Origin: the human T2T-CHM13v2.0 reference genome, Homo sapiens
Length of the DNA stretch: 64,000 bases
Assembly (NCBI RefSeq): GCF_009914755.1
Contig: NC_060938.1
Direction: 5' to 3' (one strand)
This document shows positions 12,276-25,300 of the stretch, one piece after another; the first letter of the stretch is position 1, and each line of letters starts with the position of its first letter. The notes below the pieces were generated by a model that was not told the DNA's origin, made no database searches, and worked only from the letters and a program-made list of their open reading frames with translations. Both the position numbers and the translations under genes were made by a program.

Positions 12276-15003
12276 ATGAAGATATTCCCGTTTCCAACGA
12301 AATCTTCAAATCTATCCAAATGTCCACTTGCAGATTCAACAAAAAGTGTTTTTCAGAACTGCTCTATCAAAAGAAAGATCCACCTCTGTTAGCTGAGTTC
12401 ACACATCACAAACAAGTTTATGAGAATGCTTCTGTCTAGTTTTTATTTGAAGATATTTCCTTTCTCACCATAGAGCTGAAAGCTGTCCTAATGTTCACTT
12501 CCAGATACTACAGAAAGAGTGTTTCAAAACTGCTGTACGAAAGGGAATGTTCAACTCTGTGACTTGAATGCACACATCACAAAGAAGTTTCTGAGGATGC
12601 TGCTGTCTACTTTTTATACGTAATCCCGTTTCCAACGAAATCCTCCAAGCTATCCAAATATCCACTTGCAGATTCCACAGAAAGACTGTTTCAAAACTGC
12701 TCTGTCAATAGAAAGGTTCAACTCTGTTAGCTGCATGCATATATCCCAAAGAAGATTCTGAGATTGCTTCTGTCTAGTTTTTATGGGAAGATATTTCCCT
12801 TTTCACCGTAGGCGTCAAGGCGCTCCAAATGTCCACTTCCAGATACTACAAAAAGAGTGTTTCAAACCTACTCTGTGAAAGGGAATATTCAACTCTGTGA
12901 CTTGAATGCACATATCACAAGGAAGTTTCTGAGAATGCTTCTGTCGAGATTTTATATGAAGATATTCCCGTTTCCAACGAAATCCTGAAATCTATCCAAA
13001 TATCCCCTTGCAGATTCTACAAAAAGAGTGTTTCAAAACTGCTCTGTAAAAAGAAAGGTTCAACTCTGTTAGTTGAGTACACACATCACAAACAAGTTTC
13101 ACACAATGCTTCTTTCTAGCTTGTAGGGGAAGATATTCCCTTTATCACCATGGGCCTCAAACCGTCCGATAAGTCCACTTCCATATACTACAAAAAGAGC
13201 GTTTCAAACCTGCTCTATGAAAGGCAATGTTCAACTCTGTGACTTGAATGCAGACATCACAGAGCAGTTTCTGAGAATGCTTCTGTCTAGATTTTATAGG
13301 AAGATATTCCCGTTTCCAACGAAATCTTCACAGCTATCCAAATATCCACTTGCAGATTCTACAAAAAGAGTGTATCAAAACTGCTCTGTCAAAAGGAAGG
13401 TTCTTTTCTGTTAGGTGAGTGCATACGTCATAAAGGAGTTTCTGAGAATGTTTCTGTCTAGTGGTTATGGGAAGATATTTGCTTTTTCACCGTAGGCCTC
13501 AGAGCGCTCCAAATATCCACTTGCACATACTACAAAAAGAGTGCCTCAAAGCTGCTCTCTGAAACGGAATGTTCAACTCTATGAGTTGAATGCAAACATC
13601 GCAAAGACGTTTCTGAGAATGCTTCTGTCTAGATTTGATATGAAGATATTCCCGTTTCCAACGAAATCTTCAAATCTATCCAAATGTCCACTTGCAGATT
13701 CAACAAAAAGTGTTTTTCAGAACTGCTCTATCAAAAGAAAGATCCACCTCTGTTAGCTGAGTTCACACATCACAAACAAGTTTATGAGAATGCTTCTGTC
13801 TAGTTTTTATTTGAAGATATTTCCTTTCTCACCATAGAGCTGAAAGCTGTCCTAATGTTCACTTCCAGATACTACAGAAAGAGTGTTTCAAAACTGCTGT
13901 ACGAAAGGGAATGTTCAACTCTGTGACTTGAATGCACACATCACAAAGAAGTTTCTGAGGATGCTGCTGTCTACTTTTTATACGTAATCCCGTTTCCAAC
14001 GAAATCCTCCAAGCTATCCAAATATCCACTTGCAGATTCCACAGAAAGACTGTTTCAAAACTGCTCTGTCAATAGAAAGGTTCAACTCTGTTAGCTGCAT
14101 GCATATATCCCAAAGAAGATTCTGAGATTGCTTCTGTCTAGTTTTTATGGGAAGATATTTCCCTTTTCACCGTAGGCGTCAAGGCGCTCCAAATGTCCAC
14201 TTCCAGATACTACAAAAAGAGTGTTTCAAACCTACTCTGTGAAAGGGAATATTCAACTCTGTGACTTGAATGCACATATCACAAGGAAGTTTCTGAGAAT
14301 GCTTCTGTCGAGATTTTATATGAAGATATTCCCGTTTCCAACGAAATCCTGAAATCTATCCAAATATCCCCTTGCAGATTCTACAAAAAGAGTGTTTCAA
14401 AACTGCTCTGTAAAAAGAAAGGTTCAACTCTGTTAGTTGAGTACACACATCACAAACAAGTTTCACACAATGCTTCTTTCTAGCTTGTAGGGGAAGATAT
14501 TCCCTTTATCACCATGGGCCTCAAACCGTCCGATAAGTCCACTTCCATATACTACAAAAAGAGCGTTTCAAACCTGCTCTATGAAAGGCAATGTTCAACT
14601 CTGTGACTTGAATGCAGACATCACAGAGCAGTTTCTGAGAATGCTTCTGTCTAGATTTTATAGGAAGATATTCCCGTTTCCAACGAAATCTTCACAGCTA
14701 TCCAAATATCCACTTGCAGATTCTACAAAAAGAGTGTATCAAAACTGCTCTGTCAAAAGGAAGGTTCTTTTCTGTTAGGTGAGTGCATACGTCATAAAGG
14801 AGTTTCTGAGAATGTTTCTGTCTAGTGGTTATGGGAAGATATTTGCTTTTTCACCGTAGGCCTCAGAGCGCTCCAAATATCCACTTGCACATACTACAAA
14901 AAGAGTGCCTCAAAGCTGCTCTCTGAAACGGAATGTTCAACTCTATGAGTTGAATGCAAACATCGCAAAGACGTTTCTGAGAATGCTTCTGTCTAGATTT
15001 GAT

Positions 15004-16366
15004 ATGAAGATATTCCCGTTTCCAACGAAATCTTCAAATCTATCCAAATGTCCACTTGCAGATTCAACAAAAAGTGTTTTTCAGAACTGCTCTATCAAAA
15101 GAAAGATCCACCTCTGTTAGCTGAGTTCACACATCACAAACAAGTTTATGAGAATGCTTCTGTCTAGTTTTTATTTGAAGATATTTCCTTTCTCACCATA
15201 GAGCTGAAAGCTGTCCTAATGTTCACTTCCAGATACTACAGAAAGAGTGTTTCAAAACTGCTGTACGAAAGGGAATGTTCAACTCTGTGACTTGAATGCA
15301 CACATCACAAAGAAGTTTCTGAGGATGCTGCTGTCTACTTTTTATACGTAATCCCGTTTCCAACGAAATCCTCCAAGCTATCCAAATATCCACTTGCAGA
15401 TTCCACAGAAAGACTGTTTCAAAACTGCTCTGTCAATAGAAAGGTTCAACTCTGTTAGCTGCGTGCATATATCCCAAAGAAGATTCTGAGATTGCTTCTG
15501 TCTAGTTTTTATGGGAAGATATTTCCCTTTTCACCGTAGGTGTCAAGGCGCTCCAAATGTCCACTTCCAGATACTACAAAAAGAGTGTTTCAAACCTACT
15601 CTGTGAAAGGGAATATTCAACTCTGTGACTTGAATGCACATATCACAAAGAAGTTTCTGAGAATGCTTCTGTCGAGATTTTATATGAAGATATTCCCGTT
15701 TCCAACGAAATGCTGAAATCTATCCAAATATCCCCTCGCAGATTCTACAAAAAGAGTGTTTCAAAACTGCTCTGTGAAAAGAAAGGTTCAACTCTGTTAG
15801 TTGAGTACACACATCACAAACAAGTTTCACAGAATGCTTCTTTCTAGCTTGTAGGGAAGATATTCCCTTTATCACCATGGGCCTCCAACCGTCCGAAACA
15901 TCCACTTCCATATACTACAAAAAGAGCGTTTCAAACCTGCTCTATGAAAGGCAATGTTCAACTCTGTGACTTGAATGCAGACATCACAGAGCAGTTTCTG
16001 AGAATGCTTCTGTCTAGATTTTATAGGAAGATATTCCCGTTTCCAACGAAATCTTCACAGCTATCCAAATATCCACTTGCAGATTCTACAAAAAGAGTGT
16101 ATCAAAACTTCTCTGTCAAAAGGAAGGTTCTTTTCTGTTAGGTGAGTGCATACGTCATAAAGGAGTTTCTGAGAATGTTTCTGTCTAGTGGTTATGGGAA
16201 GATATTTGCTTTTTCACCGTAGGCCTCAGAGCGCTCCAAATATCCACTTGCACATACTACAAAAAGAGTGCCTCAAAGCTGCTCTCTGAAACGGAATGTT
16301 CAACTCTATGAGTTGAATGCAAACATCGGAAAGACGTTTCTGAGAATGCTTCTGTCTAGATTTGAT
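15004..16366 (-). repeat. 1,363-bp HOR variant (U12), sister copy of U9
   Basis: Same G deletion at ~15854 and same ATCGGAAA variant; ORF spacing 14581 to 15944 is 1,363. Confidence 0.92.
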
Positions 16367-19300
16367 ATGAAGATATTCCCGTTTCCAACGAAATCTTCAA
16401 ATCTATCCAAATGTCCACTTGCAGATTCAACAAAAAGTGTTTTTCAGAACTGCTCTATCAAAAGAAAGATCCACCTCTGTTAGCTGAGTTCACACATCAC
16501 AAACAAGTTTATGAGAATGCTTCTGTCTAGTTTTTATTTGAAGATATTTCCTTTCTCACCATAGAGCTGAAAGCTGTCCTAATGTTCACTTCCAGATACT
16601 ACAGAAAGAGTGTTTCAAAACTGCTGTACGAAAGGGAATGTTCAACTCTGTGACTTGAATGCACACATCACAAAGAAGTTTCTGAGGATGCTGCTGTCTA
16701 CTTTTTATACGTAATCCCGTTTCCAACGAAATCCTCCAAGCTATCCAAATATCCACTTGCAGATTCCACAGAAAGACTGTTTCAAAACTGCTCTGTCAAT
16801 AGAAAGGTTCAACTCTGTTAGCTGCATGCATATATCCCAAAGAAGATTCTGAGATTGCTTCTGTCTAGTTTTTATGGGAAGATATTTCCCTTTTCACCGT
16901 AGGCGTCAAGGCGCTCCAAATGTCCACTTCCAGATACTACAAAAAGAGTGTTTCAAACCTACTCTGTGAAAGGGAATATTCAACTCTGTGACTTGAATGC
17001 ACATATCACAAGGAAGTTTCTGAGAATGCTTCTGTCGAGATTTTATATGAAGATATTCCCGTTTCCAACGAAATCCTGAAATCTATCCAAATATCCCCTT
17101 GCAGATTCTACAAAAAGAGTGTTTCAAAACTGCTCTGTAAAAAGAAAGGTTCAACTCTGTTAGTTGAGTACACACATCACAAACAAGTTTCACACAATGC
17201 TTCTTTCTAGCTTGTAGGGGAAGATATTCCCTTTATCACCATGGGCCTCAAACCGTCCGATAAGTCCACTTCCATATACTACAAAAAGAGCGTTTCAAAC
17301 CTGCTCTATGAAAGGCAATGTTCAACTCTGTGACTTGAATGCAGACATCACAGAGCAGTTTCTGAGAATGCTTCTGTCTAGATTTTATAGGAAGATATTC
17401 CCGTTTCCAACGAAATCTTCACAGCTATCCAAATATCCACTTGCAGATTCTACAAAAAGAGTGTATCAAAACTGCTCTGTCAAAAGGAAGGTTCTTTTCT
17501 GTTAGGTGAGTGCATACGTCATAAAGGAGTTTCTGAGAATGTTTCTGTCTAGTGGTTATGGGAAGATATTTGCTTTTTCACCGTAGGCCTCAGAGCGCTC
17601 CAAATATCCACTTGCACATACTACAAAAAGAGTGCCTCAAAGCTGCTCTCTGAAACGGAATGTTCAACTCTATGAGTTGAATGCAAACATCGCAAAGACG
17701 TTTCTGAGAATGCTTCTGTCTAGATTTGATATGAAGATATTCCCGTTTCCAACGAAATCTTCAAATCTATCCAAATGTCCACTTGCAGATTCAACAAAAA
17801 GTGTTTTTCAGAACTGCTCTATCAAAAGAAAGATCCACCTCTGTTAGCTGAGTTCACACATCACAAACAAGTTTATGAGAATGCTTCTGTCTAGTTTTTA
17901 TTTGAAGATATTTCCTTTCTCACCATAGAGCTGAAAGCTGTCCTAATGTTCACTTCCAGATACTACAGAAAGAGTGTTTCAAAACTGCTGTACGAAAGGG
18001 AATGTTCAACTCTGTGACTTGAATGCACACATCACAAAGAAGTTTCTGAGGATGCTGCTGTCTACTTTTTATACGTAATCCCGTTTCCAACGAAATCCTC
18101 CAAGCTATCCAAATATCCACTTGCAGATTCCACAGAAAGACTGTTTCAAAACTGCTCTGTCAATAGAAAGGTTCAACTCTGTTAGCTGCGTGCATATATC
18201 CCAAAGAAGATTCTGAGATTGCTTCTGTCTAGTTTTTATGGGAAGATATTTCCCTTTTCACCGTAGGTGTCAAGGCGCTCCAAATGTCCACTTCCAGATA
18301 CTACAAAAAGAGTGTTTCAAACCTACTCTGTGAAAGGGAATATTCAACTCTGTGACTTGAATGCACATATCACAAAGAAGTTTCTGAGAATGCTTCTGTC
18401 GAGATTTTATATGAAGATATTCCCGTTTCCAACGAAATGCTGAAATCTATCCAAATATCCCCTCGCAGATTCTACAAAAAGAGTGTTTCAAAACTGCTCT
18501 GTGAAAAGAAAGGTTCAACTCTGTTAGTTGAGTACACACATCACAAACAAGTTTCACAGAATGCTTCTTTCTAGCTTGTAGGGGAAGATATTCCCTTTAT
18601 CACCATGGGCCTCCAACCGTCCGAAACATCCACTTCCATATACTACAAAAAGAGCGTTTCAAACCTGCTCTATGAAAGGCAATGTTCAACTCTGTGACTT
18701 GAATGCAGACATCACAGAGCAGTTTCTGAGAATGCTTCTGTCTAGATTTTATAGGAAGATATTCCCGTTTCCAACGAAATCTTCACAGCTATCCAAATAT
18801 CCACTTGCAGATTCTACAAAAAGAGTGTATCAAAACTGCTCTGTCAAAAGGAAGGTTCTTCTCTGTTAGGTGAGTGCATACGTCATAAAGGAGTTTCTGA
18901 GAATGTTTCTGTCTAGTGGTTATGGGAAGATATTTGCTTTTTCACCGTAGGCCTCAGAGCGCTCCAAATATCCACTTGCACATACTACAAAAAGAGTGCT
19001 TCAAAGCTGCTCTCTGAAACGGAATGTTCAACTCTATGAGTTGAATGCAAACATCACAAAGACGTTTCTGAGAATGCTTCTGTCTAGATTTGATATGAAG
19101 ATATTCCCGTTTCCAACGAAATCTTCAAATCTATCCAAATGTCCACTTGCAGATTCAACAAAAAGTGTTTTTCAGAACTGCTCTATCAAAAGAAAGATCC
19201 ACCTCTGTTAGCTGAGTTCACACATCACAAACAAGTTTATGAGAATGCTTCTGTCTAGTTTTTATTTGAAGATATTTCCTTTCTCACCATAGAGCTGAAA

Positions 19301-22300
19301 GCTGTCCTAATGTTCACTTCCAGATACTACAGAAAGAGTGTTTCAAAACTGCTGTACGAAAGGGAATGTTCAACTCTGTGACTTGAATGCACACATCACA
19401 AAGAAGTTTCTGAGGATGCTGCTGTCTACTTTTTATACGTAATCCCGTTTCCAACGAAATCCTCCAAGCTATCCAAATATCCACTTGCAGATTCCACAGA
19501 AAGACTGTTTCAAAACTGCTCTGTCAATAGAAAGGTTCAACTCTGTTAGCTGCATGCATATATCCCAAAGAAGATTCTGAGATTGCTTCTGTCTAGTTTT
19601 TATGGGAAGATATTTCCCTTTTCACCGTAGGCGTCAAGGCGCTCCAAATGTCCACTTCCAGATACTACAAAAAGAGTGTTTCAAACCTACTCTGTGAAAG
19701 GAAATATTCAACTCTGTGACTTGAATGCACATATCACAAGGAAGTTTCTGAGAATGCTTCTGTCGAGATTTTATATGAAGATATTCCCGTTTCCAACGAA
19801 ATCCTGAAATCTATCCAAATATCCCCTTGCAGATTCTACAAAAAGAGTGTTTCAAAACTGCTCTGTAAAAAGAAAGGTTCAACTCTGTTAGTTGAGTACA
19901 CACATCACAAACAAGTTTCACACAATGCTTCTTTCTAGCTTGTAGGGGAAGATATTCCCTTTATCACCATGGGCCTCAAACCGTCCGATAAGTCCACTTC
20001 CATATACTACAAAAAGAGCGTTTCAAACCTGCTCTATGAAAGGCAATGTTCAACTCTGTGACTTGAATGCAGACATCACAGAGCAGTTTCTGAGAATGCT
20101 TCTGTCTAGATTTTATAGGAAGATATTCCCGTTTCCAACGAAATCTTCACAGCTATCCAAATATCCACTTGCAGATTCTACAAAAAGAGTGTATCAAAAC
20201 TGCTCTGTCAAAAGGAAGGTTCTTTTCTGTTAGGTGAGTGCATACGTCATAAAGGAGTTTCTGAGAATGTTTCTGTCTAGTGGTTATGGGAAGATATTTG
20301 CTTTTTCACCGTAGGCCTCAGAGCGCTCCAAATATCCACTTGCACATACTACAAAAAGAGTGCCTCAAAGCTGCTCTCTGAAACGGAATGTTCAACTCTA
20401 TGAGTTGAATGCAAACATCGCAAAGACGTTTCTGAGAATGCTTCTGTCTAGATTTGATATGAAGATATTCCCGTTTCCAACGAAATCTTCAAATCTATCC
20501 AAATGTCCACTTGCAGATTCAACAAAAAGTGTTTTTCAGAACTGCTCTATCAAAAGAAAGATCCACCTCTGTTAGCTGAGTTCACACATCACAAACAAGT
20601 TTATGAGAATGCTTCTGTCTAGTTTTTATTTGAAGATATTTCCTTTCTCACCATAGAGCTGAAAGCTGTCCTAATGTTCACTTCCAGATACTACAGAAAG
20701 AGTGTTTCAAAACTGCTGTACGAAAGGGAATGTTCAACTCTGTGACTTGAATGCACACATCACAAAGAAGTTTCTGAGGATGCTGCTGTCTACTTTTTAT
20801 ACGTAATCCCGTTTCCAACGAAATCCTCCAAGCTATCCAAATATCCACTTGCAGATTCCACAGAAAGACTGTTTCAAAACTGCTCTGTCAATAGAAAGGT
20901 TCAACTCTGTTAGCTGCATGCATATATCCCAAAGAAGATTCTGAGATTGCTTCTGTCTAGTTTTTATGGGAAGATATTTCCCTTTTCACCGTAGGCGTCA
21001 AGGCGCTCCAAATGTCCACTTCCAGATACTACAAAAAGAGTGTTTCAAACCTACTCTGTGAAAGGGAATATTCAACTCTGTGACTTGAATGCACATATCA
21101 CAGGGAAGTTTCTGAGAATGCTTCTGTCGAGATTTTATATGAAGATATTCCCGTTTCCAACGAAATCCTGAAATGTATCCAAATATCCCCTTGCAGATTC
21201 TACAGAAAGAGTGTTTCAAAACTGCTCTGTAAAAAGAAAGGTTCAACTCTGTTAGTTGAGTACACACATCACAAACAAGTTTCACAGAATGCTTCTTTCT
21301 AGCTTGTAGGGGAAGATATTCCCTTTATCACCATGGGCCTCCAACCGTCCGAAACATCCACTTCCATATACTACAAAAAGAGCGTTTCAAACCTGCTCTA
21401 TGAAAGGCAATGTTCAACTCTGTGACTTGAATGCAGACATCACAGAGCAGTTTCTGAGAATGCTTCTGTCTAGATTTTATAGGAAGATATTCCCGTTTCC
21501 AACGAAATCTTCACAGCTATCCAAATATCCACTTGCAGATTCTACAAAAAGAGTGTATCAAAACTGCTCTGTCAAAAGGAAGGTTCTTCTCTGTTAGGTG
21601 AGTGCATACGTCATAAAGGAGTTTCTGAGAATGTTTCTGTCTAGTGGTTATGGGAAGATATTTGCTTTTTCACCGTAGGCCTCAGAGCGCTCCAAATATC
21701 CACTTGCACATACTACAAAAAGAGTGCCTCAAAGCTGCTCTCTGAAACGGAATGTTCAACTCTATGAGTTGAATGCAAACATCGCAAAGACGTTTCTGAG
21801 AATGCTTCTGTCTAGATTTGATATGAAGATATTCCCGTTTCCAACGAAATCTTCAAATCTATCCAAATGTCCACTTGCAGATTCAACAAAAAGTGTTTTT
21901 CAGAATTGCTCTATCAAAAGAAAGATCCACCTCTGTTAGCTGAGTTCACACATCACAAACAAGTTTATGAGAATGCTTCTGTCTAGTTTTTATTTGAAGA
22001 TATTTCCTTTCTCACCATAGAGCTGAAAGCTGTCCTAATGTTCACTTCCAGATACTACAGAAAGAGTGTTTCAAAACTGCTGTACGAAAGGGAATGTTCA
22101 ACTCTGTGACTTGAATGCACACATCACAAAGAAGTTTCTGAGGATGCTGCTGTCTACTTTTTATACGTAATCCCGTTTCCAACGAAATCCTCCAAGCTAT
22201 CCAAATATCCACTTGCAGATTCCACAGAAAGACTGTTTCAAAACTGCTCTGTCAATAGAAAGGTTCAACTCTGTTAGCTGCATGCATATATCCCAAAGAA

Positions 22301-25300
22301 GATTCTGAGATTGCTTCTGTCTAGTTTTTATGGGAAGATATTTCCCTTTTCACCGTAGGCGTCAAGGCGCTCCAAATGTCCACTTCCAGATACTACAAAA
22401 AGAGTGTTTCAAACCTACTCTGTGAAAGGGAATATTCAACTCTGTGACTTGAATGCACATATCACAAGGAAGTTTCTGAGAATGCTTCTGTCGAGATTTT
22501 ATATGAAGATATTCCCGTTTCCAACGAAATCCTGAAATCTATCCAAATATCCCCTTGCAGATTCTACAAAAAGAGTGTTTCAAAACTGCTCTGTAAAAAG
22601 AAAGGTTCAACTCTGTTAGTTGAGTACACACATCACAAACAAGTTTCACACAATGCTTCTTTCTAGCTTGTAGGGGAAGATATTCCCTTTATCACCATGG
22701 GCCTCAAACCGTCCGATAAGTCCACTTCCATATACTACAAAAAGAGCGTTTCAAACCTGCTCTATGAAAGGCAATGTTCAACTCTGTGACTTGAATGCAG
22801 ACATCACAGAGCAGTTTCTGAGAATGCTTCTGTCTAGATTTTATAGGAAGATATTCCCGTTTCCAACGAAATCTTCACAGCTATCCAAATATCCACTTGC
22901 AGATTCTACAAAAAGAGTGTATCAAAACTGCTCTGTCAAAAGGAAGGTTCTTTTCTGTTAGGTGAGTGCATACGTCATAAAGGAGTTTCTGAGAATGTTT
23001 CTGTCTAGTGGTTATGGGAAGATATTTGCTTTTTCACCGTAGGCCTCAGAGCGCTCCAAATATCCACTTGCACATACTACAAAAAGAGTGCCTCAAAGCT
23101 GCTCTCTGAAACGGAATGTTCAACTCTATGAGTTGAATGCAAACATCGCAAAGACGTTTCTGAGAATGCTTCTGTCTAGATTTGATATGAAGATATTCCC
23201 GTTTCCAACGAAATCTTCAAATCTATCCAAATGTCCACTTGCAGATTCAACAAAAAGTGTTTTTCAGAACTGCTCTATCAAAAGAAAGATCCACCTCTGT
23301 TAGCTGAGTTCACACATCACAAACAAGTTTATGAGAATGCTTCTGTCTAGTTTTTATTTGAAGATATTTCCTTTCTCACCATAGAGCTGAAAGCTGTCCT
23401 AATGTTCACTTCCAGATACTACAGAAAGAGTGTTTCAAAACTGCTGTACGAAAGGGAATGTTCAACTCTGTGACTTGAATGCACACATCACAAAGAAGTT
23501 TCTGAGGATGCTGCTGTCTACTTTTTATACGTAATCCCGTTTCCAACGAAATCCTCCAAGCTATCCAAATATCCACTTGCAGATTCCACAGAAAGACTGT
23601 TTCAAAACTGCTCTGTCAATAGAAAGGTTCAACTCTGTTAGCTGCATGCATATATCCCAAAGAAGATTCTGAGATTGCTTCTGTCTAGTTTTTATGGGAA
23701 GATATTTCCCTTTTCACCGTAGGCGTCAAGGCGCTCCAAATGTCCACTTCCAGATACTACAAAAAGAGTGTTTCAAACCTACTCTGTGAAAGGGAATATT
23801 CAACTCTGTGACTTGAATGCACATATCACAGGGAAGTTTCTGAGAATGCTTCTGTCGAGATTTTATATGAAGATATTCCCGTTTCCAACGAAATCCTGAA
23901 ATGTATCCAAATATCCCCTTGCAGATTCTACAGAAAGAGTGTTTCAAAACTGCTCTGTAAAAAGAAAGGTTCAACTCTGTTAGTTGAGTACACACATCAC
24001 AAACAAGTTTCACAGAATGCTTCTTTCTAGCTTGTAGGGGAAGATATTCCCTTTATCACCATGGGCCTCCAACCGTCCGAAACATCCACTTCCATATACT
24101 ACAAAAAGAGCGTTTCAAACCTGCTCTATGAAAGGCAATGTTCAACTCTGTGACTTGAATGCAGACATCACAGAGCAGTTTCTGAGAATGCTTCTGTCTA
24201 GATTTTATAGGAAGATATTCCCGTTTCCAACGAAATCTTCACAGCTATCCAAATATCCACTTGCAGATTCTACAAAAAGAGTGTATCAAAACTGCTCTGT
24301 CAAAAGGAAGGTTCTTCTCTGTTAGGTGAGTGCATACGTCATAAAGGAGTTTCTGAGAATGTTTCTGTCTAGTGGTTATGGGAAGATATTTGCTTTTTCA
24401 CCGTAGGCCTCAGAGCGCTCCAAATATCCACTTGCACATACTACAAAAAGAGTGCCTCAAAGCTGCTCTCTGAAACGGAATGTTCAACTCTATGAGTTGA
24501 ATGCAAACATCGCAAAGACGTTTCTGAGAATGCTTCTGTCTAGATTTGATATGAAGATATTCCCGTTTCCAACGAAATCTTCAAATCTATCCAAATGTCC
24601 ACTTGCAGATTCAACAAAAAGTGTTTTTCAGAATTGCTCTATCAAAAGAAAGATCCACCTCTGTTAGCTGAGTTCACACATCACAAACAAGTTTATGAGA
24701 ATGCTTCTGTCTAGTTTTTATTTGAAGATATTTCCTTTCTCACCATAGAGCTGAAAGCTGTCCTAATGTTCACTTCCAGATACTACAGAAAGAGTGTTTC
24801 AAAACTGCTGTACGAAAGGGAATGTTCAACTCTGTGACTTGAATGCACACATCACAAAGAAGTTTCTGAGGATGCTGCTGTCTACTTTTTATACGTAATC
24901 CCGTTTCCAACGAAATCCTCCAAGCTATCCAAATATCCACTTGCAGATTCCACAGAAAGACTGTTTCAAAACTGCTCTGTCAATAGAAAGGTTCAACTCT
25001 GTTAGCTGCATGCATATATCCCAAAGAAGATTCTGAGATTGCTTCTGTCTAGTTTTTATGGGAAGATATTTCCCTTTTCACCGTAGGCGTCAAGGCGCTC
25101 CAAATGTCCACTTCCAGATACTACAAAAAGAGTGTTTCAAACCTACTCTGTGAAAGGGAATATTCAACTCTGTGACTTGAATGCACATATCACAAGGAAG
25201 TTTCTGAGAATGCTTCTGTCGAGATTTTATATGAAGATATTCCCGTTTCCAACGAAATCCTGAAATCTATCCAAATATCCCCTTGCAGATTCTACAAAAA

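Noticed and set aside
11629-15911. 63-aa minus-strand ORFs at 11629 and 15720
   Set aside because: By-product of the 1-bp deletion frameshift in U9 and U12.
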